This document shows positions 9,336 through 18,604 of a stretch of DNA of 64,000 nucleotides, piece after piece (positions within the stretch are counted from its first letter, which is position 1; each line of letters starts with the position of its first letter). The DNA is from an uncultured Erysipelotrichaceae bacterium. GTDB taxonomy: Bacteria > Bacillota_I > Bacilli_A > RFN20 > CAG-826. Where the stretch lies: contig CACXNV010000006.1 in assembly GCA_902769185.1 (NCBI GenBank), forward strand, positions 1,062 to 65,061, given 5' to 3'. The translations under genes were made by a program, and so were the position numbers. The notes beneath the pieces are model-generated. The model made no database searches and was not told where the DNA came from. It saw only the letters and a program-made list of their open reading frames with translations.

Positions 9336-10133
9336 ATGCCTGATTATGTTTATGCGATTATTGGTACTGCAGTTATCTTTGCAGCCACAACTATAGGTTC
9401 TGGATTGGTTTTCTTTTTTGGTAAAAAAGGATTAACTAAAAGAATTGGTCGAATCTTTACAGGATTTGCTTCCGGAGTGATGCTATCTGCGTCATTTTTT
9501 GGATTATTAAAACCTGCAATCTTTGAATCGAATGTTACTTATATGCCTCCTTCAGTAATTGCCGGCATATCAGTTATTGTTGGAGCGTTATTCTTGTGGG
9601 GTATTGATAAATTAGTTCCTCACCTTCATTTAGCAAATAATAATGAAGAAGGTATTAAAACTAGACACTTAAATAAAGACCAAAAGATGTTTTTAGCGGT
9701 CACTATTCATAATATTCCTGAAGGTTTATCTGTGGGTGTCGCTTTTGGTGTTGCTTTAGCAAATCCTGGGAATCACACTTTATTAATGGGTGCTTTATTT
9801 TTAGCGGTTGGTATTGGTATTCAAAACGTAACTGAAGGTGCTGCTGTATCTTTGCCTATTAAAGCTGATACAGGAAAATCAATGAAAGCATTTTTATTTG
9901 GAATGTTTTCTGGAATAGTGGAACCGATTGCTGCGGTTATAGGTTTATTCTTTGCTATGCAAATTCAAGAAGTTATGCCTTGGGCTTTAGCCTTTGCGGC
10001 AGGATGTATGATTTATGTTGTTGCAGAAGAAATGATTCCTGAAATAAAAGAAAACGAACACGACCACTTAGGTGTTTGGGCATTTATTATTGGCTTTGTT
10101 GTTATGATGCTACTAGACTGTATTCAATTCTAA
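9336..10133 (+). CDS. ZIP family divalent metal transporter (ZupT-like)
   Basis: HNIPEGLSVGVAF motif and about 8 TM helices. SD gagga at 9321-9325 favours ATG9336 over TTG9327. Confidence 0.85.
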   Translation: MPDYVYAIIGTAVIFAATTIGSGLVFFFGKKGLTKRIGRIFTGFASGVMLSASFFGLLKPAIFESNVTYMPPSVIAGISVIVGALFLWGIDKLVPHLHLANNNEEGIKTRHLNKDQKMFLAVTIHNIPEGLSVGVAFGVALANPGNHTLLMGALFLAVGIGIQNVTEGAAVSLPIKADTGKSMKAFLFGMFSGIVEPIAAVIGLFFAMQIQEVMPWALAFAAGCMIYVVAEEMIPEIKENEHDHLGVWAFIIGFVVMMLLDCIQF

Positions 10134-10172
10134 TTATTTATAAAGGCTCTTAACTTTGTTAATATTAAAACT

Positions 10173-11348
10173 ATGAAAATCTTAATTGTTTGTCAGTATT
10201 ATTATCCAGAGAACTTCATTATCACTAAAATTGCTGAGCAAATGGTGATTGATGGACATGAAGTTCATGTTTTAACTGGCAAACCAAATTATGGGTATGG
10301 TTATATTCTACCTGCTTATAAAAATATAAATGAAGAGCTAGTGAACGGAGTTAATATCCATCGTGTTAAACTATATCCAAGAAAGAAAAATAGATTATCG
10401 ATTATTAGGAACTATTTATCTTTCTGGAGAAATTCGAAGAAGTGGGTTAGAAAGACGAAGTTAAATTTTGACTATGTTTATTCAATGAGTTTATCTCCTG
10501 TCACTATTTGTTGCGCTGGCAATTTATACGCTAAAAAGCATGGAGTTAAACATATAATTCACTGCCTTGATTTATGGCCTGAAAGCACAGTTGTCACCCA
10601 TGCTGTTAAGAAAAATTCCTTTATTTATCGTCAACTTTATCGATGGAGTAGATCAATTTATTCTAAGGCTGATAAGATTTTAATTTCCTCGCCAAGTTTC
10701 AAAGATTATTTCGAAAATACCCTAAAATTGCCGGTAAATAATATTAAGTATGTCCCTCAATGCTCTTTAGTCGAAGATAGTGACATTGCCGCCTTTGATT
10801 ATGGGACAGGGACTCACATCCTTTATTGTGGTAATTTAGGATTAATTCAACAAATTCCTTTAATTATTGAAGCGATGAGCTTGTTAAAAAATGAAGATAT
10901 TTATTTCCATATTATTGGAATGGGACCAATGAGTGAATATTTAATTAACTCAATTAAAGAAAGAGGGTTAGAAAATAAGGTTATCTATCACGGTCCAATT
11001 GTTGCTAAACTTGCTGCTGCTTATTTTAAACGCGCTGACGCATTATATATATCTTTAAAAGCAGAAGGAACAGTTGGAAAAACCATTCCAAGCAAACTAA
11101 TGATGTCTTTAGCTTTTAGCCGACCAATAGTTGGAGTGCTTAAAGGGGACGGGAAAGATGTATTAGAGGATTCAGGTGGAGCTTTCTTGGCGGATGAGAA
11201 TCCTGAATCGGTGAAAAACGCTTTACTTGCGATTTCTAATTTATCTGAAAAAGAAAAAGCTCGCCTTGGAAGGCTTAATAAAATATATTACGACTCACAT
11301 TTCTCTTTAAGAACTGTGACTGATCAAATAGAAAAAGAGTTTAAATAA
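10173..11348 (+). CDS. Glycosyltransferase family 4 (WcaI/WbuB-like)
   Basis: N-terminus MKILIVCQYYYPENF...HVLTGKPNY and a GT-B C-terminal domain. Confidence 0.75.
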   Translation: MKILIVCQYYYPENFIITKIAEQMVIDGHEVHVLTGKPNYGYGYILPAYKNINEELVNGVNIHRVKLYPRKKNRLSIIRNYLSFWRNSKKWVRKTKLNFDYVYSMSLSPVTICCAGNLYAKKHGVKHIIHCLDLWPESTVVTHAVKKNSFIYRQLYRWSRSIYSKADKILISSPSFKDYFENTLKLPVNNIKYVPQCSLVEDSDIAAFDYGTGTHILYCGNLGLIQQIPLIIEAMSLLKNEDIYFHIIGMGPMSEYLINSIKERGLENKVIYHGPIVAKLAAAYFKRADALYISLKAEGTVGKTIPSKLMMSLAFSRPIVGVLKGDGKDVLEDSGGAFLADENPESVKNALLAISNLSEKEKARLGRLNKIYYDSHFSLRTVTDQIEKEFK

Positions 11349-12480
11349 ACAAGTCGTGGATTTGCTTTCCAATAATTTCTAAAGAAGTACGTTCCATGAC
11401 TTTTTCTTTTGCTTTTTTTATAAGCGTTTCTTTATCTTCTTTAGAAAGTGATAATGCTTTATTGATTGCGTCAACTAAATCTTCTTTACTAGATGATTTA
11501 GCCCAGATGATGCAGTCATCATAATGCTCTTTTAATAATAAATTATTAACAGTGATATTTAAAACACCTAAAGAGATGCATTCTAATGTTTTACTTGGAA
11601 TGGAATATTCATCAATTTTTGGATTAATTGGTCTAGGATTAATAGAGAATAATGAATTCTTAATCAAGTTTAAATTATCTTCATAACTTACTGGTCCTAG
11701 ATAAATTATGTTTTTATTATCTTTTATAGAGGAATTAAGTTTATCAACATTAACGTGATGTCCACATAAAACAAGCTTTATATCTCTTGGATTAATACAT
11801 TTATATGCCTCAATTAATGAATATACTCCGTATTCTTCCATAAGTGAGCCACCAAAATAAATATATTGGCCTTCTATCATTGGTTTAGAAGTAGCTTCAT
11901 ATTCTTCTGATACCCCATCAATTAAAAGAACAGGCTTATTGTTTTTGTTATATAAACTAGAGATCGCGGAAGTTAAACAAATATAGCCATCTAAAGATTG
12001 TCCTAATTTGATTAATTTGCTTTTATAACTGCTCGATGTAAAAGATATATTATTTGGATTATCTGTACATATCCCTATTAGTTTGCAACGATAAGTCTTT
12101 TTAATCTTAATCGCAGACTTTAGTAAAGACATGTTTAAAGTATCTACGAATATCGCTTTTATCTTTTCATTTTTAGGCAAGACTTTTTTGATTCTTTTAT
12201 TTAGTAATAAGTATTTTGCAACTTTACTCGAAGAGACTTTAGGATATCTCCAACAAATGTTGAATTCATCCTCAACAAGTTGAGGAAGCTTTTTATAAGT
12301 AAAATTAGAGTTAATTGGTCGAATCGATATAACATTTACTTTGTCAAACTTTGCAATCGCTCTAATTAATTTATTATGAAAATTCTGATTACTTAAATTA
12401 GGAGATACTTTCCAATTTTTTAAGTAATCCTTAAACATTAATTGGCTGACCGCGTTTGTAAAATAAAGTACTCTACTCAT
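11341..12480 (-). CDS. Glycosyltransferase (GT-B fold, GT1/GT4-like)
   Basis: C-terminal domain pattern IYFGGSLMEEYGV...LVLCG...IPSKTLECISLG. Overlaps its neighbours at both ends. Confidence 0.55.
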   Translation of the reverse strand: MSRVLYFTNAVSQLMFKDYLKNWKVSPNLSNQNFHNKLIRAIAKFDKVNVISIRPINSNFTYKKLPQLVEDEFNICWRYPKVSSSKVAKYLLLNKRIKKVLPKNEKIKAIFVDTLNMSLLKSAIKIKKTYRCKLIGICTDNPNNISFTSSSYKSKLIKLGQSLDGYICLTSAISSLYNKNNKPVLLIDGVSEEYEATSKPMIEGQYIYFGGSLMEEYGVYSLIEAYKCINPRDIKLVLCGHHVNVDKLNSSIKDNKNIIYLGPVSYEDNLNLIKNSLFSINPRPINPKIDEYSIPSKTLECISLGVLNITVNNLLLKEHYDDCIIWAKSSSKEDLVDAINKALSLSKEDKETLIKKAKEKVMERTSLEIIGKQIHDLFI

Positions 12481-13555
12481 AAATTCCTTTTAAAATTTTA
12501 TAAATTGCTTCCGCTGATTTTTCAAAAGTGTTGTTAGTGATGGAATCTCTTATTTTGTCCTTATCTAATTTCAAAGCTTTCGACATGGAAGATTTGATTT
12601 CTTCAATATTATTTATATCGACTACATAACCATTTTTATCGTTAGAAATATATTCTAAAGCAGAAACTATATTTTTACTGGCTACAACCGGTAAAGAACA
12701 AGACAAAGCTTCTAAAATAGTGTGACCAAAGATGTCTTGCTTACTTAAAGAAATATGAACATCTGACGCTCGATATAGTTCGAATAGGTCTTTTTTATTT
12801 AAAAATGAGATAAGATGAACATTATTTAAATTATTTTCTTTGATAAACTTTTGATATTTTTCTTTTAAAGGTCCATCTCCTACTAAAACTAAATGATCTT
12901 CTCTATCTTTAAATAATGACATTAATTCAATATTATTTTTACGGTCAATAAATTGAGAGGCATTGATAAAGATATTTTTATCTAATGGAAGATGAAATTT
13001 ATTTCTAATTCTTGTTCTTTCTTCTAAAGAAGGAATGACTATTTCACTAGAAAAGATATTGCTATATGGGTAGTTATAGATAGGATTTTTAGCTCCATAA
13101 TATTTTAAATATTCATTTGATGCCTGAGACGGCGATAAATAGTAAGAGGCTTTTGAAATGTAACTCGTTTTATATTTTCTTTTAAAGCAGCTTTCTTTTT
13201 TGATGACTCCACCGTTAATCAATAAGCCAAACTTAATTTTGTGTTTGGACATATATCTAATAGCCTTTAATTCTGCTAGATGAGAGTAGCCGTTCATTAG
13301 AATGACATCATATTCTTGATGATGATTTTTTATATATTTCTTAACGTTATTTGATAATGATCCTTCTCTTCCAAAATACCCATCTTTTAAGAAAAAATAT
13401 TTAAACTTATATTCGTTAGATGCATAAAAATAATCGGGTCTATCTTTTGCTTTTGTTCTTTCAAATAAGACAGTTAAATCAACGAATTTCGCTAATTCGT
13501 TAAAGGCATTAACCTTATATGGGGCTGGATGATTAAATATAATCAATACTCGCAT
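12473..13555 (-). CDS. Glycosyltransferase family 4
   Basis: MRVLIIFNHP... N-terminus and an EX7E-type region FGHTILEALSCSLPVVAS. The start is trimmed to ATG at 13555. Confidence 0.7.
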   Translation of the reverse strand: MRVLIIFNHPAPYKVNAFNELAKFVDLTVLFERTKAKDRPDYFYASNEYKFKYFFLKDGYFGREGSLSNNVKKYIKNHHQEYDVILMNGYSHLAELKAIRYMSKHKIKFGLLINGGVIKKESCFKRKYKTSYISKASYYLSPSQASNEYLKYYGAKNPIYNYPYSNIFSSEIVIPSLEERTRIRNKFHLPLDKNIFINASQFIDRKNNIELMSLFKDREDHLVLVGDGPLKEKYQKFIKENNLNNVHLISFLNKKDLFELYRASDVHISLSKQDIFGHTILEALSCSLPVVASKNIVSALEYISNDKNGYVVDINNIEEIKSSMSKALKLDKDKIRDSITNNTFEKSAEAIYKILKGIYE

Positions 13556-13612
13556 ATAGACATTATATCTATCGAAGTTTATCTTTGCTATTAAAAATGA
13601 TAAAATCATTTC

Positions 13613-14269
13613 ATGACTTGGAATGAAGTGTTTGTAAAAATTAAGTCTAAAGATTACGCGATCAGATTAAACAAATTCTTAGATGAGGAATATCAAAACC
13701 ATATAATCTATCCTCCTAGAGAAATGATGTTTAATGCTTTTAAACTTACTCCGATTGAAAATGTGAAAGTTGTTATCTTTGGTCAAGACCCATATCACGA
13801 AGAAGGGCAGGCAATGGGATTATCTTTTTCTGTTCCAGACAATGTCAAGGTTCCCCCTTCATTAGTAAACATTTATAAAGAGATCGAAAACGAATATAAA
13901 ACTCAATTTGCTAATAAAGGTGGCGACTTAACCTATTTAGCGAAGCAAGGAGTGCTTCTATTAAATACGATTTTAACTGTTAGAGAAGCTTCACCTCAAT
14001 CTCATAACATCAAAGAGTATAATCTATTTATGCAAGATATCATTTCTACTTTAAATAAATTAGATCAGCCAATTGTTTTTCTTCTTTGGGGAGGAAACGC
14101 CAAGGGACTAGCTAAATATTTAACAAATAAAAACCACCTGATTTTAACTGCGACCCATCCTAGCCCATTAGGTGCAAATCATGGTGGTTGGTTTAATTGT
14201 AATCACTTCCGTTTGACTAACGATTTTCTTGTCAAAAACGGACTAAAACCTATTAATTGGCTGAAATAA
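13613..14269 (+). CDS. ung: Uracil-DNA glycosylase
   Basis: GQDPYH water-activating loop, a HPSPL motif, and a typical length of 218 aa. Confidence 0.95.
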   Translation: MTWNEVFVKIKSKDYAIRLNKFLDEEYQNHIIYPPREMMFNAFKLTPIENVKVVIFGQDPYHEEGQAMGLSFSVPDNVKVPPSLVNIYKEIENEYKTQFANKGGDLTYLAKQGVLLLNTILTVREASPQSHNIKEYNLFMQDIISTLNKLDQPIVFLLWGGNAKGLAKYLTNKNHLILTATHPSPLGANHGGWFNCNHFRLTNDFLVKNGLKPINWLK

Positions 14270-15311
14270 TTGACTTATTCTCTTCTTTTTTTCTAATCAA
14301 GAAATAAGAAACAATTAAAGAAATACCTACTATAAAGCTTGGTGTAAACCAGGCCCAGTATAAATTATTAATATCGGTGTCAGAGTCGATATACATTTCT
14401 AATACTTTTGCTAATCCATATAGAGAAAAGGCTACAACAATTATTCCTGTTGCTAGACAAGTAACAGAGTATTTGAACTTATTTTTGTTAATTTTTAATA
14501 ATTGATTTAAAGAAGAAATAACTAAAGCAAATCCTGCAGCAAAAATTACCATACTATCTCTATCGAGCTTATAGTAAATATATCCTTCTCCTGATTTGTT
14601 TTTAAAACTTCCGATATATTTGACTAAAAAGAAGATAAATATAAATAGTCCAATCGCAATTAGTGATGAGGATAGGACATATTTAAGAGTCAATTGTTTT
14701 TTCTCTTCGCTAACAACATAGACATTAGATTCACCTTCGGTCATGATGACTTTTGGTGCTCTTAAGAATAAGACCAACATTAATCCAGTGCATAAGATAA
14801 TTGATGGACCTATAAAAGCAATATTATAAATAAACGAATATAAAGCTGGAGACATATAATTTAATCCCCAAACAAAGTCTTCTGCGTTGTTCCAGAAGAA
14901 TATTCCCGCAAAGAAATGGGAGAAGAATTTTAATAATCCTCCAACAACTGCTCCTATAATTAACCACATTATTTTTACATTTCGATTATCAGTTTTATCA
15001 AAAAATGGTTTAAATAGTCCTGCTATACCAACTAAAGCGTAAGGCAAGATGTAATCTAAAAATAATTGAGCCCAGTGAACTATGTATGCTTTAGTAGAAA
15101 TATCTAATAAGCCCATAATTAATCCGGTAAATATCGCCGGTAAAAATCCTCTTCTATACGCCATGATTAATACCGCTACCATGGCAAATCCGATACTACC
15201 TCCAGCAGTAAATGAGAATGAAAGAGCGCCTTGAACTTCATCTAAAACAAAACCAATTGCAGCAAAGATACCAATTTCCGCTATTGTTTTAACAATACTT
15301 CCTTTTTTCAT
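14253..15311 (-). CDS. thiT: ECF-transporter thiamine S-component ThiT fused to an extra ~160-aa four-helix membrane domain
   Basis: The N-terminal ~190 aa are ThiT-like (MKKGSIVKTIAEIGIFAAIGFVLD...). A TPP riboswitch lies immediately upstream. The ORF continues without a stop for 352 aa. Confidence 0.8.
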   Translation of the reverse strand: MKKGSIVKTIAEIGIFAAIGFVLDEVQGALSFSFTAGGSIGFAMVAVLIMAYRRGFLPAIFTGLIMGLLDISTKAYIVHWAQLFLDYILPYALVGIAGLFKPFFDKTDNRNVKIMWLIIGAVVGGLLKFFSHFFAGIFFWNNAEDFVWGLNYMSPALYSFIYNIAFIGPSIILCTGLMLVLFLRAPKVIMTEGESNVYVVSEEKKQLTLKYVLSSSLIAIGLFIFIFFLVKYIGSFKNKSGEGYIYYKLDRDSMVIFAAGFALVISSLNQLLKINKNKFKYSVTCLATGIIVVAFSLYGLAKVLEMYIDSDTDINNLYWAWFTPSFIVGISLIVSYFLIRKKEENKSIISAN

Positions 15312-15323
15312 AATTCCTCCAAT

Positions 15324-15447
15324 AAAAAACTCCGCGACTAAACGGAGAGATAGCCAATAAAAACAACTTCCTCCGCTAGCATTACCTAGATCAGGTACGG
15401 TCGATTCGAATCAGAATCCTCTCAGCCAGGTTCACCTAGCTCCCAAA
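15324..15447 (-). promoter_or_regulatory. TPP (thi-box) riboswitch with terminator expression platform
   Basis: The reverse complement reads ...GGCTGAGAGG...ACCTGATCTAGGTAATGCTAGCGGAGGAAG..., followed by hairpin ctccg/cggag plus T6 (15324-15347 on the + strand). A candidate promoter has TTGTCC at 15474-15479 and TATAAT at 15452-15457 (both as reverse complement). Confidence 0.9.
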
Positions 15448-15564
15448 ATCTATTATAGACTTGTATGAGAATTGGACAATATAAATATCGCATTATATTT
15501 TCATAATTATTCTCACTTAGTGAGATATTATGTTATGATAATTAGCAATAATGAGGTTATCGTA

Positions 15565-16572
15565 ATGGCAAAAAAAGAAAAAGCAAAAGTAGTTGAAACG
15601 GTTGAACCAGTAAACGAACAAGTTGAACAAGAAAAATTAGAAGCTAGTTTAGATGTTATTCAACTAGAACAAAATGAAACATTAAATTCGTTCTCTGAAA
15701 AAATTGAAAAAGGAAGAGATGATTTTTATACAACCTTCTCCAAACAAAGAAAAGTATCTAATTTCTTAATTCCAATCGTGGGATTAGTGATGGCTGCCTC
15801 TTTCGTTTTATTCCTTGCAGTTAGTGGATCTTGGGGCAAGATTGTTGGTGGAGTAATTATTGGTGTCACTTTAGTGGGCATGGTTGTTTTCTATATTATG
15901 ACCAAAAATAAACTCCCAGCAAAGTCTCAAGAATACTTAAGAAATTTTGCTATTTATTCTGATAGCTTTTTAGTTAGCAAGTCAGAAGTTAGTAATCCTC
16001 GTTTATTTTTTAAGAAGAGATATGCGATTGGTGATTTCTTACCTGATAGAGTTTATAAAGATGTTATTGATATCGCTAGTAGAAATATCGTTGAATTTGA
16101 TTATAAAGACCATTCAGTGCAATTGGGTGAAGTAGCTTTATATAAAAAAGGCGAAAAGAAAAATCAAAAACAATTACTATTTGTTGGAAGATATCTCTCA
16201 TTTACAAATGATCTTCATTTTGAAGACCGCTACATTATAAATATTAGCAAAAAAGATAAAGTTGATTTACCAACCGACTTTGATGACTTAAAAGTCTTAA
16301 AAGAGCAAAATAACTTTGCAATATATGGTAAAGAAGGAACAAACTTCACTAAAGATTTAGGTAAAGAAGTTATTAATAACTTAATGTCTATTGACTGTAA
16401 AGATTCTTTACTTAATGTCAATATTGTTGTGTGGGCTGGTCATACCGCTGCTTACTTATCTTATGATGACTCAATTGTCGCTATTCCTTTAGATAAGAAA
16501 CTCAATAGTGCGGCTTATCAACAATTAAAGAAAAATATTTACGATATTTTAGATATCTTATTAGAAAAATAA
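15565..16572 (+). CDS. Membrane protein, unknown function (charged N-terminus, 2 TM, soluble C-terminal domain)
   Basis: SD gagg at 15553-15556 supports ATG15565. The upstream part of ORF 15472 overlaps the thiT promoter. Confidence 0.6.
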   Translation: MAKKEKAKVVETVEPVNEQVEQEKLEASLDVIQLEQNETLNSFSEKIEKGRDDFYTTFSKQRKVSNFLIPIVGLVMAASFVLFLAVSGSWGKIVGGVIIGVTLVGMVVFYIMTKNKLPAKSQEYLRNFAIYSDSFLVSKSEVSNPRLFFKKRYAIGDFLPDRVYKDVIDIASRNIVEFDYKDHSVQLGEVALYKKGEKKNQKQLLFVGRYLSFTNDLHFEDRYIINISKKDKVDLPTDFDDLKVLKEQNNFAIYGKEGTNFTKDLGKEVINNLMSIDCKDSLLNVNIVVWAGHTAAYLSYDDSIVAIPLDKKLNSAAYQQLKKNIYDILDILLEK

Positions 16573-16573
16573 T

Positions 16574-17107
16574 ATGGGATTATTTGGTCATTGGTTAGCT
16601 ATTCAATGTTATAAACATGATGGTTCTTTGCATCGCTGTTGGGACCGTGGTTTAGTTTTGGCTAATAATGATGACTTTATAGTAATCGCTACTAAAAAAG
16701 CTAAAGTAGTGGAATATAACGGTAGAAGATGGTTCACAAAAGAACCTGCAGTTACTATCTTTTCTAAAAAAGAGTGGTGGAATGTTATCTGCATGCTTAA
16801 AGAAGATGGCATTTGCTATTATTGTAATATTGCCTCCCCTGCTTTAATTAACTCCAGGATGATTAAATATATTGACTATGATCTAGACGCAAAATTATTT
16901 CCTAGTGGAGATATCAAAATCTTAGATGAAAAAGAATATTTAAGACATAAAGAGACTTATAAATACACTGACGAATTAGATCAAGTTTTAAGATATTCTA
17001 TGAAACTTGTTTTAAGCAAAATGGAAGCTAGAGAATTTCCATTTAATGATGAAAGAATTAGAGCTTATTACGATAAGTTCTTAAACCAACTAAATAAGGA
17101 TAAATAG
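16574..17107 (+). CDS. DUF402/UPF0374 family nucleoside tri-/diphosphatase (Ntdp-like)
   Basis: Family-typical sequence (YKHDGSLHRCW..., YYCNIASP, YIDYDLD). Confidence 0.7.
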   Translation: MGLFGHWLAIQCYKHDGSLHRCWDRGLVLANNDDFIVIATKKAKVVEYNGRRWFTKEPAVTIFSKKEWWNVICMLKEDGICYYCNIASPALINSRMIKYIDYDLDAKLFPSGDIKILDEKEYLRHKETYKYTDELDQVLRYSMKLVLSKMEAREFPFNDERIRAYYDKFLNQLNKDK

Positions 17108-17119
17108 ACGCGCTACTGT

Positions 17120-17560
17120 ATGGAATTTGATGTTTTTAATCATGAACAAATGCATGAATTTGGACTTAAATTAGCTAACAAATTGCCTAATGGAACTGTA
17201 GTGGCTTTGTTAGGAGATTTAGGGGCTGGTAAGACCACTTTAGTAAGAAGTGTCGCTAAAGGATTAGATATTGAAGAAGTTGTTCAATCCCCAACTTTTA
17301 ATATTATGAAGTTATATCTAAAAGGTAAGCGTCCATTAATTCATATTGATGCTTATCGCTTAGCGGATTTAGATACTGATATTGGTTTAGATGAATATAT
17401 TGGTTATGAGACTGGCCTAACAATGATTGAGTGGCCTCAATATATTGAAAAGTTATTACCTAAAAATACTTTGTTTATTGAAATTAGTATTACTGGTGAA
17501 ACTTCTAGACACTTAAAGATTTATTCTCAAGATTTAAAACTATTAGAGGCTATTAAATAA
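17120..17560 (+). CDS. tsaE: tRNA t6A37 biosynthesis ATPase TsaE
   Basis: P-loop GDLGAGKTT, 146 aa, operon context. Confidence 0.9.
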   Translation: MEFDVFNHEQMHEFGLKLANKLPNGTVVALLGDLGAGKTTLVRSVAKGLDIEEVVQSPTFNIMKLYLKGKRPLIHIDAYRLADLDTDIGLDEYIGYETGLTMIEWPQYIEKLLPKNTLFIEISITGETSRHLKIYSQDLKLLEAIK

Positions 17561-17561
17561 C

Positions 17562-18146
17562 ATGGCAACTTTATTACTTGATAGTTCAAATACATCTTTA
17601 TCAGTAGGAATTGAGTCTAAAGGAGAGCTTCTTGGATTTATATCTTATGAAGCATGGCAAGCTCAATCTGAACACATGATTCCTGAAATTCATAATTTAC
17701 TAAAGAAATATTCTTTAACTCGTAAAGACATTACTGGGGTGGTCACCTCCATTGGTCCTGGTTCATATACTGGAGTGAGAATTTCTTTAACAATCGCGAA
17801 AGTCATTGCCTTATGTTTAGATGTTCCTGTTTATCCTGTTTCTTCTTTAAGAGTCTTAAAAGATAACGACAAACCATCGATTTGTTTAATTAACGCTAGA
17901 AGCGGAAGAAGTTATTTTGGTGTTTATGAACAAGATAAAATTATTGTTTCTGATACCATTAAGACCAATGAAGAAGTATTTCTGTACATTAAAGAGCATC
18001 CATTATATTCGATATGTGGCAATGTTTCTTATTTAGGATATGAGAATTTTGACACAAACATTTGTTTGCAAATGGTATCTTTATTAAAATCATTATCTAA
18101 GTGTGATAACGCTTTGGCGTTAAAACCAGTTTATCTCAAGGACTAA
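17562..18146 (+). CDS. tsaB: tRNA t6A37 biosynthesis protein TsaB
   Basis: YeaZ-like N-terminus (GPGSYTGVRI), located between tsaE and rimI. Confidence 0.85.
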   Translation: MATLLLDSSNTSLSVGIESKGELLGFISYEAWQAQSEHMIPEIHNLLKKYSLTRKDITGVVTSIGPGSYTGVRISLTIAKVIALCLDVPVYPVSSLRVLKDNDKPSICLINARSGRSYFGVYEQDKIIVSDTIKTNEEVFLYIKEHPLYSICGNVSYLGYENFDTNICLQMVSLLKSLSKCDNALALKPVYLKD

Positions 18147-18148
18147 TT

Positions 18149-18604
18149 ATGAATATAGTAGAAATTAGAGAACTTGTAGAGTCGGATTTAGATAGAGTAA
18201 TGGAGATTGAAAATCTATGCTTTGTTGCTCCTTGGAGTAGAGATGATATTCTTAGAGAACTAAATAACAATCAATTTGCGACTTTGTTAGTTGCTGTTAT
18301 TAATAACGAAGTTGTTGGTTATGTTGATTATTGGATCACTTTTGATAGCGCGACAATTTGTCAAATTGCAATTCACCCAGATTTTCAAAGAAAGTCTATT
18401 GGTTCAATGTTATTAGAAGAAGTCATTAAAGATTGTTATGCAAAGAAAGTGCTTAATATCACTCTAGAAGTTAGAGAATCTAACGTAAAAGGTATTAATT
18501 TCTATACTAAACACGACTTTAACAAATGCATAGTTAAACCAAATTATTATTCTAACGGTGAAAATGCGATTTATATGATGAGAGGAGTGGAATTAAATGG
18601 CTAA
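18149..18604 (+). CDS. rimI: Ribosomal-protein-alanine N-acetyltransferase
   Basis: GNAT fold motif (IAIHPDFQRKSIGSMLL) in the canonical tsaB-rimI-tsaD position. Confidence 0.8.
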   Translation: MNIVEIRELVESDLDRVMEIENLCFVAPWSRDDILRELNNNQFATLLVAVINNEVVGYVDYWITFDSATICQIAIHPDFQRKSIGSMLLEEVIKDCYAKKVLNITLEVRESNVKGINFYTKHDFNKCIVKPNYYSNGENAIYMMRGVELNG

